From Methylorubrum extorquens (GTDB taxonomy: Bacteria > Pseudomonadota > Alphaproteobacteria > Rhizobiales > Beijerinckiaceae), in contig LT962688.1 of assembly GCA_900234795.1 (NCBI GenBank), forward strand, positions 4,800,001-4,832,000: DNA of 32,000 nt, written 5' to 3'. This document shows, in pieces, positions 10,040-17,857 of the stretch. The translations under genes were made by a program, and so were the position numbers. The notes beneath the pieces were generated by a model that saw only the letters and a list, made by a program, of their open reading frames with translations, was not told where the DNA came from and ran no database searches. Within the stretch, counting starts at the first letter, position 1. Each line of letters begins with the position of its first letter.

Positions 10040-10415
10040 GGATAACCAAAGTATTTTTCAGCCTGATTTATGTCGCGCATTGCTTGCGGCGCGTTGGCTG
10101 ATTGTTCCTCCCAAGACCCGGACCGTGCGCTGCCTTGTGGGCTGCGACCATCACGGCGCTGCTTATAGGAAGAACATTTCCCTTTGTCATCAGGGTAGAG
10201 ACGGTTCGCGGCGCTTTTTTGCAAACGACGCGTCAAACGGCCTTCACCGGCCCTCGCGAACGCTGCTTGCGGCTGCTTCGCCGGCTTCGTTCCGCCGCAT
10301 TGCCAGCCGACCCTGTGTTCGCAGGGCGCTTGTGTTTTGCGGGGGCAATGTGTTGTGTGCCTCCGCACGCTGGCCTAGCTCCTCTCCGGCTGCGCCTGCC
10401 CGCTTCCAAGGTCGA

Positions 10416-11744
10416 ATGATGCGTCTCTCCCGCTACTTCCTGCCGATCCTGCGCGAGACGCCGAAGGAAGCGGAGATCGTTTCGCACCGCCTGATGCTGC
10501 GCGCCGGCATGATCCGCCAGGAGGCGGCCGGCATCTATGCGTGGTTGCCGCTGGGTCTGCGCGTTCTGAACAAGGTCTGCGACGTCGTCCGTGCCGAGCA
10601 GGACCGCGCGGGCGCCATTGAGATCCTGATGCCGACGATCCAGGCCGCCGACCTCTGGCGCGAATCCGGCCGTTACGAGGCCTACGGCAAGGAGATGCTG
10701 CGCCTGAAGGACCGCCACGAGCGCGAACTGCTCTACGGGCCGACCGCCGAGGAGGTCGTCACCGAGATCTTCCGGGCCAGCACCCGCTCCTACAAGGATC
10801 TGCCGAAGAACCTCTACCAGATCTCGTGGAAGTTCCGCGACGAGGTGCGCCCGCGCTTCGGCACCATGCGCTCGCGCGAATTCCTGATGAAGGACGCCTA
10901 TTCCTTCGACATCGATCAGGCCGCGGCGCGCCACTCCTACAACAAGATGTTCGTCGCCTATCTCCGCACCTTCGAGGCCCTCGGCCTGCGGGCGATCCCG
11001 ATGCGCGCCGATACCGGCCCCATCGGCGGCGACCTCAGCCACGAGTTCATCATTCTGGCCAAGACCGGTGAGAGCGAGGTCTTCTGCGACCAGGCCTATC
11101 TCGACATGCCGGTGCCGCCCCCGTCCGTCGATTTCGACGACGTGGCCGGGCTGCAGGGCGTGGTCGATGCCTGGACCTCGCACTACGCCGCCACCGACGA
11201 GATGCATGACGAGGCGGTCTTCGCCGAGGTGCCGGAGGCCTCGCGTCTCTCCGCCCGCGGCATCGAGGTCGGCCATATCTTCTATTTCGGCACCAAGTAC
11301 TCGACTCCGATGAAGGCGCTCGTCACCGGCCCCGACGGAAGCGAGCGGCCAGTCCATATGGGCTCCTACGGCATCGGCCCGAGCCGGCTCGTGGCGGCGA
11401 CCATCGAGGCGAGCCACGACGAGGCCGGCATCATCTGGCCGGACGCGATCGCCCCCTTCGACGTGGCGCTGATCAACCTCAAGGTCGGGGATGGCGCCTG
11501 TGACACCGCCTGCGCCGAGATCCAGGCGGCCCTCGAGACGGCTGGCCTGTCGGTTCTCTACGACGATCGCGACGAGCGGCCAGGCGCCAAGTTCGCCACC
11601 GCGGACCTGATCGGCCTGCCCTGGCAGGTGATCGTCGGCCCGAAGGGTCTGGCCGAGGGCAAGATCGAGCTGAAGCGCCGCGCCAGCGGGGAGCGCGAGA
11701 CCCTCGATCCCGTCGATCTCCCCGCTCGCATCCGGCGCCTCTGA
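10416..11744 (+). CDS. proS: Proline--tRNA ligase (short alphaproteobacterial class II type)
   Basis: Start placed at ATG 10416 ([35 protein letters not shown]), the canonical ProRS N-terminus, giving 442 aa. The 126 upstream codons of the ORF-track frame are not protein-like. Confidence 0.93.
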   Translation: MMRLSRYFLPILRETPKEAEIVSHRLMLRAGMIRQEAAGIYAWLPLGLRVLNKVCDVVRAEQDRAGAIEILMPTIQAADLWRESGRYEAYGKEMLRLKDRHERELLYGPTAEEVVTEIFRASTRSYKDLPKNLYQISWKFRDEVRPRFGTMRSREFLMKDAYSFDIDQAAARHSYNKMFVAYLRTFEALGLRAIPMRADTGPIGGDLSHEFIILAKTGESEVFCDQAYLDMPVPPPSVDFDDVAGLQGVVDAWTSHYAATDEMHDEAVFAEVPEASRLSARGIEVGHIFYFGTKYSTPMKALVTGPDGSERPVHMGSYGIGPSRLVAATIEASHDEAGIIWPDAIAPFDVALINLKVGDGACDTACAEIQAALETAGLSVLYDDRDERPGAKFATADLIGLPWQVIVGPKGLAEGKIELKRRASGERETLDPVDLPARIRRL

Positions 11745-11756
11745 GGACCGGCCGCG

Positions 11757-13076
11757 ATGGCGCTTGCGTTGGGTAAGGCCGGTGTCTCCTTGAAGGGCAT
11801 TCTCGCGCGGCTGAAGAACGCCCGCGCGAGCGCCTCCACGCCGCCCTTCGCGGGGTTCGAGTGGATCATCGCCGGGCGCTACCTGCGGGCGCGCCGCCGG
11901 GGCGGCGGCGTCTCGGTGGTGGCCCTGTTCTCCGTGCTCGGCATCGCGGTGGGGGTGGCCACCCTCATCATCGTGCTCTCGGTGATGAACGGCTTCCGCT
12001 CGGAACTGCGTTCCAAGATCATCGGGCTTAACGGCCACGTCTTCGCCGCGCCGATCGACCGACTGTTCACCGACTACGTCGATCTCTCAGACCGGCTGGA
12101 AAAGGTCGCGGGCGTGCGCGCTGTGGTGCCGATGGTGCAGGGACAGGCCTTCGCCTCCTCCCCCTATGGCGGCTCCGGCGTCCTGGTCCGCGGCGTGCGC
12201 GAATCCGACCTGCCGAAGATCCCCGCCGTCTCCGGCGCGATCAAGGGCGGGACGCTCGAAGGCTTCGACGACGGCCAGGGGGTGGCGCTCGGCAAGCGGC
12301 TCGCCGACGCCCTCGGCCTCCAGGCGGGCGATCAGGTGACGCTCTCGACGCCGAAGGGCGCGAGCACGCCGTTCGGTACCGCCCCGCGCACCAAGACCTA
12401 CGCCGTCAAGGCGATCTTCGAGATCGGCGTGACCGACTTCGACACCACCATGGCCTTCATGCCGCTGGCCGAGGCGCAGGCCTTCTTCAACCGCGACGGC
12501 GATGTCAGCGTGATCGAGATCTATCTCGACAATGCCGACGCGGTGGGCGAGATGCGTGAGCCCCTGGAGATGGCGGCCGAGCGCCCGGTGCTGCTGACCG
12601 ACTGGCGCCAGACCAACCGCACCTTCTTCGGCGCGCTGGAGGTGGAGCGGAACGTGATGTTCCTGATCCTCAACCTCATCGTGATCGTGGCGACCCTCAA
12701 CATCATCTCAGGGCTCATCCTGCTCGTGCGCGACAAGTCCTCGGACATCGCGATCCTGCGCACCATGGGGGCGACGCCGGGCACGATCATGCGGGTCTTC
12801 CTCATCAACGGGGCGCTGATCGGCCTCGTCGGCACGGCGATCGGGCTGATCGGCGGGGTGCTGTTCACCCTCAACATCAAGCCGATCCAGCGCACCCTGT
12901 TTCCCACCGCCTGGGACCCGACCGTGCGCTTCCTCGCCGAGATCCCGGCCGAGATGAACACGAGCGAGGTCGTCATCATCGTGATCACCTCGGTGCTGCT
13001 GTCGCTGGCGGCGACCCTCTATCCCTCCTGGCGCGCCGCCCGGCTCGATCCGGTGCAAGCGCTGCGCTACGGCTGA
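11757..13076 (+). CDS. lolE: Lipoprotein-releasing ABC transporter permease, LolC/LolE family
   Basis: 439-aa ORF with FEWIIAGRYLRARRRG...SVVALFSVLGIAVGVATLIIVLSVMNGF and a C-terminal FtsX-like domain ending in PSWRAARLDPVQALRYG. Confidence 0.9.
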   Translation: MALALGKAGVSLKGILARLKNARASASTPPFAGFEWIIAGRYLRARRRGGGVSVVALFSVLGIAVGVATLIIVLSVMNGFRSELRSKIIGLNGHVFAAPIDRLFTDYVDLSDRLEKVAGVRAVVPMVQGQAFASSPYGGSGVLVRGVRESDLPKIPAVSGAIKGGTLEGFDDGQGVALGKRLADALGLQAGDQVTLSTPKGASTPFGTAPRTKTYAVKAIFEIGVTDFDTTMAFMPLAEAQAFFNRDGDVSVIEIYLDNADAVGEMREPLEMAAERPVLLTDWRQTNRTFFGALEVERNVMFLILNLIVIVATLNIISGLILLVRDKSSDIAILRTMGATPGTIMRVFLINGALIGLVGTAIGLIGGVLFTLNIKPIQRTLFPTAWDPTVRFLAEIPAEMNTSEVVIIVITSVLLSLAATLYPSWRAARLDPVQALRYG

Positions 13077-13091
13077 CGGAACGCCCCCGAT

Positions 13092-13803
13092 ATGGCTCAG
13101 ACGAATGCCGGCGGCGCCCAGCCCGTGCCGGCCCTGTTCTTCGCCGGCGTCCAGCGCCGCTACCACCAGGGCGAGGGGACGCTCGAAATCCTGCGCGGCA
13201 CCGATCTCGCGATCTGGCCGGGCGAACTCGTCGCCCTGGTCGCGCCCTCGGGCGCGGGCAAATCGACCCTGCTCCACGTCGCCGGCCTCTTGGAGCGTCC
13301 GGACGGCGGCGAGGTCTATATCGGCGGCCAGCCCACGGCCGGCATGTCGGATGGCGAGCGCACCCGCCTGCGGCGCGAGGAGATGGGCTTCGTCTACCAG
13401 TTCCACCATCTGCTGCCGGAGTTCTCGGCGCTGGAGAACGTGGTGCTGCCGCAGCTCATCCGCGGGCTGGCCCGCAAGGAGGCGGAGGCGCGCGCTGCCG
13501 AACTGCTCGGCTTCCTCGGCCTGAAGGAGCGGCTGCCGCATCGCCCGGCCGAATTGTCGGGCGGCGAGCAGCAGCGCGTCGCCATCGCCCGCGCGGTCGC
13601 CAACGGGCCTCGCCTGCTGCTTGCCGACGAGCCGACCGGCAACCTCGACCCCCCAGACCGCCGGCCGGGTCTTCAGCATCCTGCTCCAGCTCGTGCGTGC
13701 CTCCGGCCTCGCGGCGCTGATCGCGACCCACAACATGGATCTTGCCGCCCGCATGGACCGCCGCGTGACGATCCGTGACGGGATGATCGAGCAGTTGGCA
13801 TAG
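13092..13803 (+). pseudogene. lolD: Lipoprotein-releasing ABC transporter ATP-binding protein LolD, interrupted by a +1 frameshift in a C6 run
   Basis: Walker [10 protein letters not shown], signature [14 protein letters not shown] and Walker [13 protein letters not shown] lie in the frame of 13092. After GAC at 13647-13649 the homologous sequence (Q)[48 protein letters not shown] continues in the +1 frame to 13803. The C run at 13649-13654 has one C too many. Confidence 0.85.
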
Positions 13804-14009
13804 GCGAACGTCGAAAGCGTCAGCGCGTCGGACCCATCGGCGGGGGTGATCCCGTTTTCCGGCGATCCGCCCCCGGGCGACCGCACGCATCGCCTCGCCG
13901 ACGCTCGCGGATCACGCTGACCGGCGCCGCCCCGATCGAAGGCGCGCGGCCCCTGCCGGCAAAGCATTCCCGTTCAGGAAATGGGGTCGTTCGGCGGCTT
14001 GGAGAGGCG

Positions 14010-14606
14010 CTACAGCCCGAGGCCGGGGATCGCCTGCGAGAGCCAAGCGAAGGCGCCCATGATGCTCGCGAACAGGGTGTAGACGAAGCCGATCGAGATC
14101 CCGACGCCGACGCCGCCGATCAACAGGCCGATCAGCACCACGAACCCGTCGCGCTCCACCAGTCCGAGGCCGATCAGCGAGACCGCGAGCCCGAGCGGGA
14201 TCTGGCCGAAGAAGGGCGGGGCCACGATGAGCGCCAGCGCCAGCGCCAGGATCAGTACGCCCATGCCGCGCATGCCGACGGCACCGTCGAACACGCTCAG
14301 GCGCGGGCGCGACCAGCGCTCCAGCCGGCGCAGCAGAGGCACCGCCCGCTTCACCGCCTTCGCCACGGTTTCGCGGGCGATTGATTGGTCAAGCAGCCGA
14401 CGCGGCAGCCATGGGGCGGACATGCCGGCCACGATCTGAATGGCGATGACGAGCAGGACCAGACCGCAGACCAGCGGGATCGGCGGCGGCATCGGCAGGC
14501 AGTTGGGCAGGCCGAGCAGAACCACGAGCAGCGCGAAAGCGCGGTCCCGCAGCACGGCGATGATGTCGCCGACGGTCAGACGCTCGCTCTCCTGGCTCGC
14601 AAGCAT
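14010..14606 (-). CDS. exoD: Exopolysaccharide synthesis ExoD-family membrane protein
   Basis: LTVGDIIAVLRDRAFALLVVLLGLPNCLPMPPPIPLVCGLVLLVIAIQIV...PWLPRRLL...RLERWSRPRL... and the GLGLVERDGFVVL pattern are typical of ExoD (PF06055). Start set at ATG 14606 (MLASQESE); the 54 further upstream codons look non-coding. Confidence 0.8.
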   Translation of the reverse strand: MLASQESERLTVGDIIAVLRDRAFALLVVLLGLPNCLPMPPPIPLVCGLVLLVIAIQIVAGMSAPWLPRRLLDQSIARETVAKAVKRAVPLLRRLERWSRPRLSVFDGAVGMRGMGVLILALALALIVAPPFFGQIPLGLAVSLIGLGLVERDGFVVLIGLLIGGVGVGISIGFVYTLFASIMGAFAWLSQAIPGLGL

Positions 14607-14768
14607 CGTGAGAACGTCGGAAGTGCGCGCAGCGGAGGACAAACCGGCTCGGCCGTTCGATTTTTCGGTAAGCGCGGCTCTAGCCCAACCCAGCCCATCC
14701 GCCAAGCGCTCCGACCGGCGCGCGCGTGCCGTGCCACACGGGGCCTTTCCACGCTCAGGTTGTCGCAA

Positions 14769-14860
14769 TCGTCGGCATATTTATTTCAAGTAAATCCGAA
14801 CCGATAACTTATCTTAAGTTGTAAATTTCTCTTAACTATAGCCGGTTGCTGTGACAACCA
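14769..14860. promoter_or_regulatory. AT-rich divergent control region between exoD and the BcsS-like gene
   Basis: About 26% GC over 14776-14841 by hand count, against a very GC-rich background. It contains the palindrome AACTTA-TCT-TAAGTT (14806-14820), CTTAAG/CTTAAC repeats and GGTTG-N6-CAACC (14844-14859). Confidence 0.4.
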
Positions 14861-14893
14861 TTGGTCGTTCCGCCGACGACTGCGCGACCTCCA

Positions 14894-15655
14894 ATGTCGA
14901 AACGCGCATCCTCCCGTGATGGCTTGTGCCACCCGGCTCCGTCCCGGCGGGGCGCAAGCCGCCGCGCCCTCGCTGTCCTCGCCCCGTTCGTGATCCTCGC
15001 TTGTGACCCGGCCCGCGCTGACGATGCGACCCTTCGGACGGTCCTGTTCGGCAGCATGGATGCCAGCGCCTCCACGTTTTCCGCAGCCGGAGCGAAGCTC
15101 GTCTTCGATCGGTTCGACCGCGATGGACCCGTCGCCCTTGTGACGGCCGGCGGCGGCGTGCGGCTGGAAGGCGGAGGCGGCCTGCCGGTCCTGATGCGCT
15201 TCACCGCCCTCGGCGCGGCGCTTGGCGGCTACCAGTTCATCCGGGAATGGGGGGCGGTGACGGTGTTCGCCGGCCCGGAAGCCTCCTGGGAGGCGCTGTC
15301 CGGCCCTGGCTTCGTGCAGGCGCTGCCCCCGCGGGCGGGTTTTCGCCTGCACGGCGAGGTCTGGGCACGACCGACCGAGACGACCCTGATGACCGCCACC
15401 GTGATCCTCGGCTCTGCCCGCGGCGACGCCTATGCCCGGCTGTCGTGGGGCACCACGCTGTTCGGCGCGTATCTCGGCCCGGAGGCGGCCATCTACGGCG
15501 ACCAGACGGATTACCGGAAATGGAGCGTCGGGCTGCATGTCACCGACTACGCGATGGGCGGCTACCGCTTCCGCCTCTCGGCCGGAGGCCAGCTCGAGAC
15601 GCCGCTCAACCAGTGGAACCCCTACGTCTCCCTCGCCGTCTGGAGCGCGCTTTGA
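14894..15655 (+). CDS. Secreted / outer-membrane beta-rich protein, BcsS-like (cellulose biosynthesis protein BcsS family, tentative)
   Basis: It has a signal-peptide-like N-terminus (RRALAVLAPFVILACDPARA/DD). Alternating Gly/aromatic beta-strand-like sequence (LFGSMDAS..., GYQFIREWG, RLSWGTTLFGAYLGPEAAIYGD, WSVGLHVTDY) resembles my memory of BcsS (PF17036). The start is uncertain (ATG 14894 or TTG 14861). Confidence 0.45.
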   Translation: MSKRASSRDGLCHPAPSRRGASRRALAVLAPFVILACDPARADDATLRTVLFGSMDASASTFSAAGAKLVFDRFDRDGPVALVTAGGGVRLEGGGGLPVLMRFTALGAALGGYQFIREWGAVTVFAGPEASWEALSGPGFVQALPPRAGFRLHGEVWARPTETTLMTATVILGSARGDAYARLSWGTTLFGAYLGPEAAIYGDQTDYRKWSVGLHVTDYAMGGYRFRLSAGGQLETPLNQWNPYVSLAVWSAL

Positions 15656-15707
15656 GGCATCATACCGAAAGCCGCCGCCACGGTTCGGGACGATGCTTGA
15701 GGCCGGC

Positions 15708-16442
15708 TTACCCCTTGGTCCGCAGCGAGGATCGCCCGCCATCGACGCCGATCACCTGCCCCGTGACGTAGCCCGCCTCCGGTCCGACGAGGAAGGCGGC
15801 GAGTGCGGCGACATCCTCGGGCTCGCCGAGGCGCTGGAGCGCGTGCATCGACGCGATGCCGGAGGCCAGCGTCGCGTTGCGGGTGATGGTCTCGGCGAGC
15901 GGCGTACGGGTCAGCGAGGGGGCGACCACGTTCACCCGGATCGCGGGCGCGAGTTCCGCCGCCAGCGAGAGGGCGAGCCCCTCGACCGCCCCCTTGGCCA
16001 TGGCAACCGAGGCATGGTGCGAGAACCCCTGCGCGACGGCGACGGTGGAGAACAGCACCACGCCCGTGCTTGCCTCTCGCGCTCCAGCTTTGAGCGCGGG
16101 GGCCGCCGCCTGAACCGCCAGGAAGGCGCCGAGCGCGTTGATGCGGAAATCCGCCTCGATGCGTGCCGGGTCGAGCTTGGCCAAAGGCGCGAGCTGGATC
16201 GTGCCGACCGCGTAGACGAGGCCGGCGAGGCGCGGGCCCGCCTCCGAAGCGACGCGCGGGAACAGGTCGGGATCGGTGACGTCGCCCGCGGTGAAACCGG
16301 TCTCGCCGAGTTCGGAGGCTGCCCGTTCCAGGCGCACCGGATCGCGGCCGACGAGGTGGAGGGCCACGCCCCGTTCGCGTAACGCCCGTGCCGTGGCCAG
16401 GCCGATGCCCCCGGTTCCGCCGTAGATCACGACCCGTTCCAT
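15708..16442 (-). CDS. Short-chain dehydrogenase/reductase family protein, atypical (canonical Tyr replaced)
   Basis: 244 aa with the Rossmann motif YGGTGGIGLATARAL and an SDR core, FSTVA...AMAKGAVEGLALSLAAELAP.IRVNVVAPS. The position of the YxxxK Tyr is Val (VAMAK). Confidence 0.85.
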   Translation of the reverse strand: MERVVIYGGTGGIGLATARALRERGVALHLVGRDPVRLERAASELGETGFTAGDVTDPDLFPRVASEAGPRLAGLVYAVGTIQLAPLAKLDPARIEADFRINALGAFLAVQAAAPALKAGAREASTGVVLFSTVAVAQGFSHHASVAMAKGAVEGLALSLAAELAPAIRVNVVAPSLTRTPLAETITRNATLASGIASMHALQRLGEPEDVAALAAFLVGPEAGYVTGQVIGVDGGRSSLRTKG

Positions 16443-16606
16443 GAAGCCCCCTGTCGGGCGGCGTCCACCCGACGATTTCGCCCAAAGATTTCACCGATGC
16501 CGGAAATCCACTAGCTAAGGCGGAGCCGGTCGGCGTGGAGCCGATCACAGCCGCCGCGCCTTGCGCCGAACGTCGCGGGGCGGCCAGCCACGGGACGCCT
16601 CTGCCC

Positions 16607-17473
16607 ATGAAATTCGCCTTTGCCGGCATCGACTTCCTCGGCGGCGTGTTCGACGGGCTGATCGAAGCCGGCTGGACGCCGGTGAAGCTGTTCACCCGGC
16701 CCTGCGACGGCATCTACGATCACAACGAGGTCGTGGTGGCCCAGGCCCGGCGCCACCGCATCCCGATCCAGCTTTCGCGAATGCTGCCCGACGACATTGA
16801 GCGGCTCGCACACGAGCACGGCCGCGACGTGGTCCTCGTCGTCTCCGGTTATCCCTGGCTCGTGCGGGGCTGGCACGGGCGAGTGCGCTATGCCCTCAAT
16901 CTCCACCCCTCGCCGCTGCCGACGGGGCGGGGCCCCTATCCGCTCTTCAAGGCGGTTCTCGACGGCTACGAGAGCTGGGGCGTCACCGCCCACGTGCTCG
17001 CCGAGCAGGGCTTCGACACCGGCGACATCCTCGCCCAGGACATCTTCCCCCTCGACGGTGACGAGACCCACGAGACGCTGCTCACCAAGTGCCAGATGGC
17101 GGCCCGCCGCCTCGCCCTCGGGCCGATCGGGAAGGATCTGGCCGAGCGCTGGCGCAAGGCGGAACCGCAGGGCGACGGCTCCTACTGGCCGCGGGTGAAC
17201 GACGCCGACCGCACCCTCGACTTCCACAAGGACGTCGCCGCGGTGCTGCGCCGCGTGCGCGCCTTCGGCACGATCGAGACCATCGCCCGGCTCGGCAACG
17301 CCCGCATCTTCGTCGCCGCCGCCGACGGCTGGCAGGAGGCTCACCGCCACGCCCCCGGCACCGTGGTGCACCGCTACCGCCGCCAGGTCGTGGTGGCCGC
17401 CCGCGACGGCTACGTGCAGTTCACCCGCTGGAGCCAGGTGCCGCTCAACGAGGCGGGGCAGATCGGGCGCTAG
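16607..17473 (+). CDS. Formyltransferase-family protein (Fmt/PurN-like fold)
   Basis: Start at ATG 16607 (MKFAFAGIDFLGGVFDGLIEAGW). It has the N...H...D catalytic pattern (ALNLHPSPLPTGRGPYP, GFDTGDILAQ) and a C-terminal Fmt-like domain. Substrate unknown. Confidence 0.8.
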   Translation: MKFAFAGIDFLGGVFDGLIEAGWTPVKLFTRPCDGIYDHNEVVVAQARRHRIPIQLSRMLPDDIERLAHEHGRDVVLVVSGYPWLVRGWHGRVRYALNLHPSPLPTGRGPYPLFKAVLDGYESWGVTAHVLAEQGFDTGDILAQDIFPLDGDETHETLLTKCQMAARRLALGPIGKDLAERWRKAEPQGDGSYWPRVNDADRTLDFHKDVAAVLRRVRAFGTIETIARLGNARIFVAAADGWQEAHRHAPGTVVHRYRRQVVVAARDGYVQFTRWSQVPLNEAGQIGR

Positions 17474-17576
17474 AGCCGTATCCGACCTGATTGCATCAGG
17501 TCGGCGTCTCTAGCCCCTTGTTTTGACCCGCATTCTTTCGACGAACCGGTGACCACTTCGTCGGAATGCGCTCTGG
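17471..17576 (-). repeat. Copy A of the bipartite hairpin repeat (orientation opposite to copy C)
   Basis: Perfect 10-bp hairpin CCGACCTGAT/ATCAGGTCGG (17482-17504), linker CTTGTTTTG, then a second hairpin CATTC..CGACGAA-CCGGTGACCAC-TTCGTCG-GAATG. It aligns with copies B and C. Confidence 0.7.
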
Positions 17577-17676
17577 AGCCTCGTCCTGGATGGATCCAAG
17601 ACGAGGCTCTCGCCTTTTGTTTTTGCATCGTCTTTTTCGAAAAAGCCGGTGGCCACCTTTCGGGACGATGCTCCAG
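17575..17676 (-). repeat. Copy B of the bipartite hairpin repeat, head-to-tail with copy A
   Basis: Perfect 10-bp hairpin GAGCCTCGTC/GACGAGGCTC (17576-17609), linker TTTTGTTTTTG, then GCATCGTC...CCGGTGGCCAC...GACGATGC. Confidence 0.7.
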
Positions 17677-17841
17677 CCAATGCCGCCGATGCGCCGTAAG
17701 GGCGATCTCCCTCAGAAGATGTGCGTCCAGTGCGGGCGCCCCTTCGCGTGGCGCAAGAAGTGGGAGCGGGTCTGGGAGGAGGTGCGCTACTGCTCCGACC
17801 GTTGCCGGACGGAGGCGAAGCGCGAGGCGCGCAAGAGCTGA
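17668..17841 (+). CDS. DUF2256-family small zinc-ribbon protein (start uncertain: ATG 17668, 17680 or 17689)
   Basis: [31 protein letters not shown] matches the CxxC...CSxxC DUF2256 pattern as I recall it. The longer 91-aa ORF-track form runs through the repeat and is unlikely. Confidence 0.7.
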   Translation: MLQPMPPMRRKGDLPQKMCVQCGRPFAWRKKWERVWEEVRYCSDRCRTEAKREARKS

Positions 17842-17857
17842 GAGAAGAGCTGAGGCC

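Noticed and set aside
10006-10086. A 26-aa minus-strand peptide, [26 protein letters not shown], as a possible type I toxin or small protein.
   Set aside because: There is no SD within range of the ATG. The hydrophobic stretch is too short for a TM helix. The coding sequence would run through the terminator hairpin.
10038-10415. The 126-codon N-terminal extension of the proS ORF, and the 105-aa and 122-aa ORFs in the same spacer (10102-10419 plus, 10000-10368 minus).
   Set aside because: ProRS homology begins exactly at [12 protein letters not shown] (10416). The upstream translation is Cys/Arg/Ala-rich and not protein-like, and the region has lower GC and hairpins. It is better treated as non-coding (see the sRNA candidate).
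13621-13803. A 60-aa ORF as an independent small gene.
   Set aside because: It is the displaced C-terminus of LolD (post-Walker B region, H-loop THNMDLA), separated only by the C-run frameshift.
7161-13967. Minus-strand ORFs of 962 aa (7161-10049), 601 aa (10233-12038) and 419 aa (12708-13967).
   Set aside because: They are antisense to rnj, mce, proS, lolE and lolD. Composition is Arg/Ala/Gly/Pro-biased with no motifs. The 962-aa frame even runs through intergenic spacers. These are shadow ORFs.
14607-14768. The 54-codon N-terminal extension of ExoD.
   Set aside because: ExoD-family similarity starts near LTVGDIIAVL. The upstream translation is Arg/Ala/Gly-rich without a TM segment or signal. 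An internal ATG at 14606 gives a typical ~199-aa ExoD.
15708-17473. The SDR plus formyltransferase pair as a split ArnA-like (lipid A Ara4N) module.
   Set aside because: ArnA's dehydrogenase domain is an extended SDR of about 350 aa. This one is a 244-aa classical-type SDR. The genes are divergent rather than fused or co-transcribed, and no arnB/C/T-like genes are nearby.
17842-17857. The palindrome GCTGAGG/CCTCAGC between the convergent DUF2256 and mocA stops as a bidirectional terminator.
   Set aside because: It is a loop-less 7+7 palindrome, giving at most 5 bp plus a tetraloop. It has no T tracts on either side and partly overlaps the mocA stop codon. It is too weak to call.
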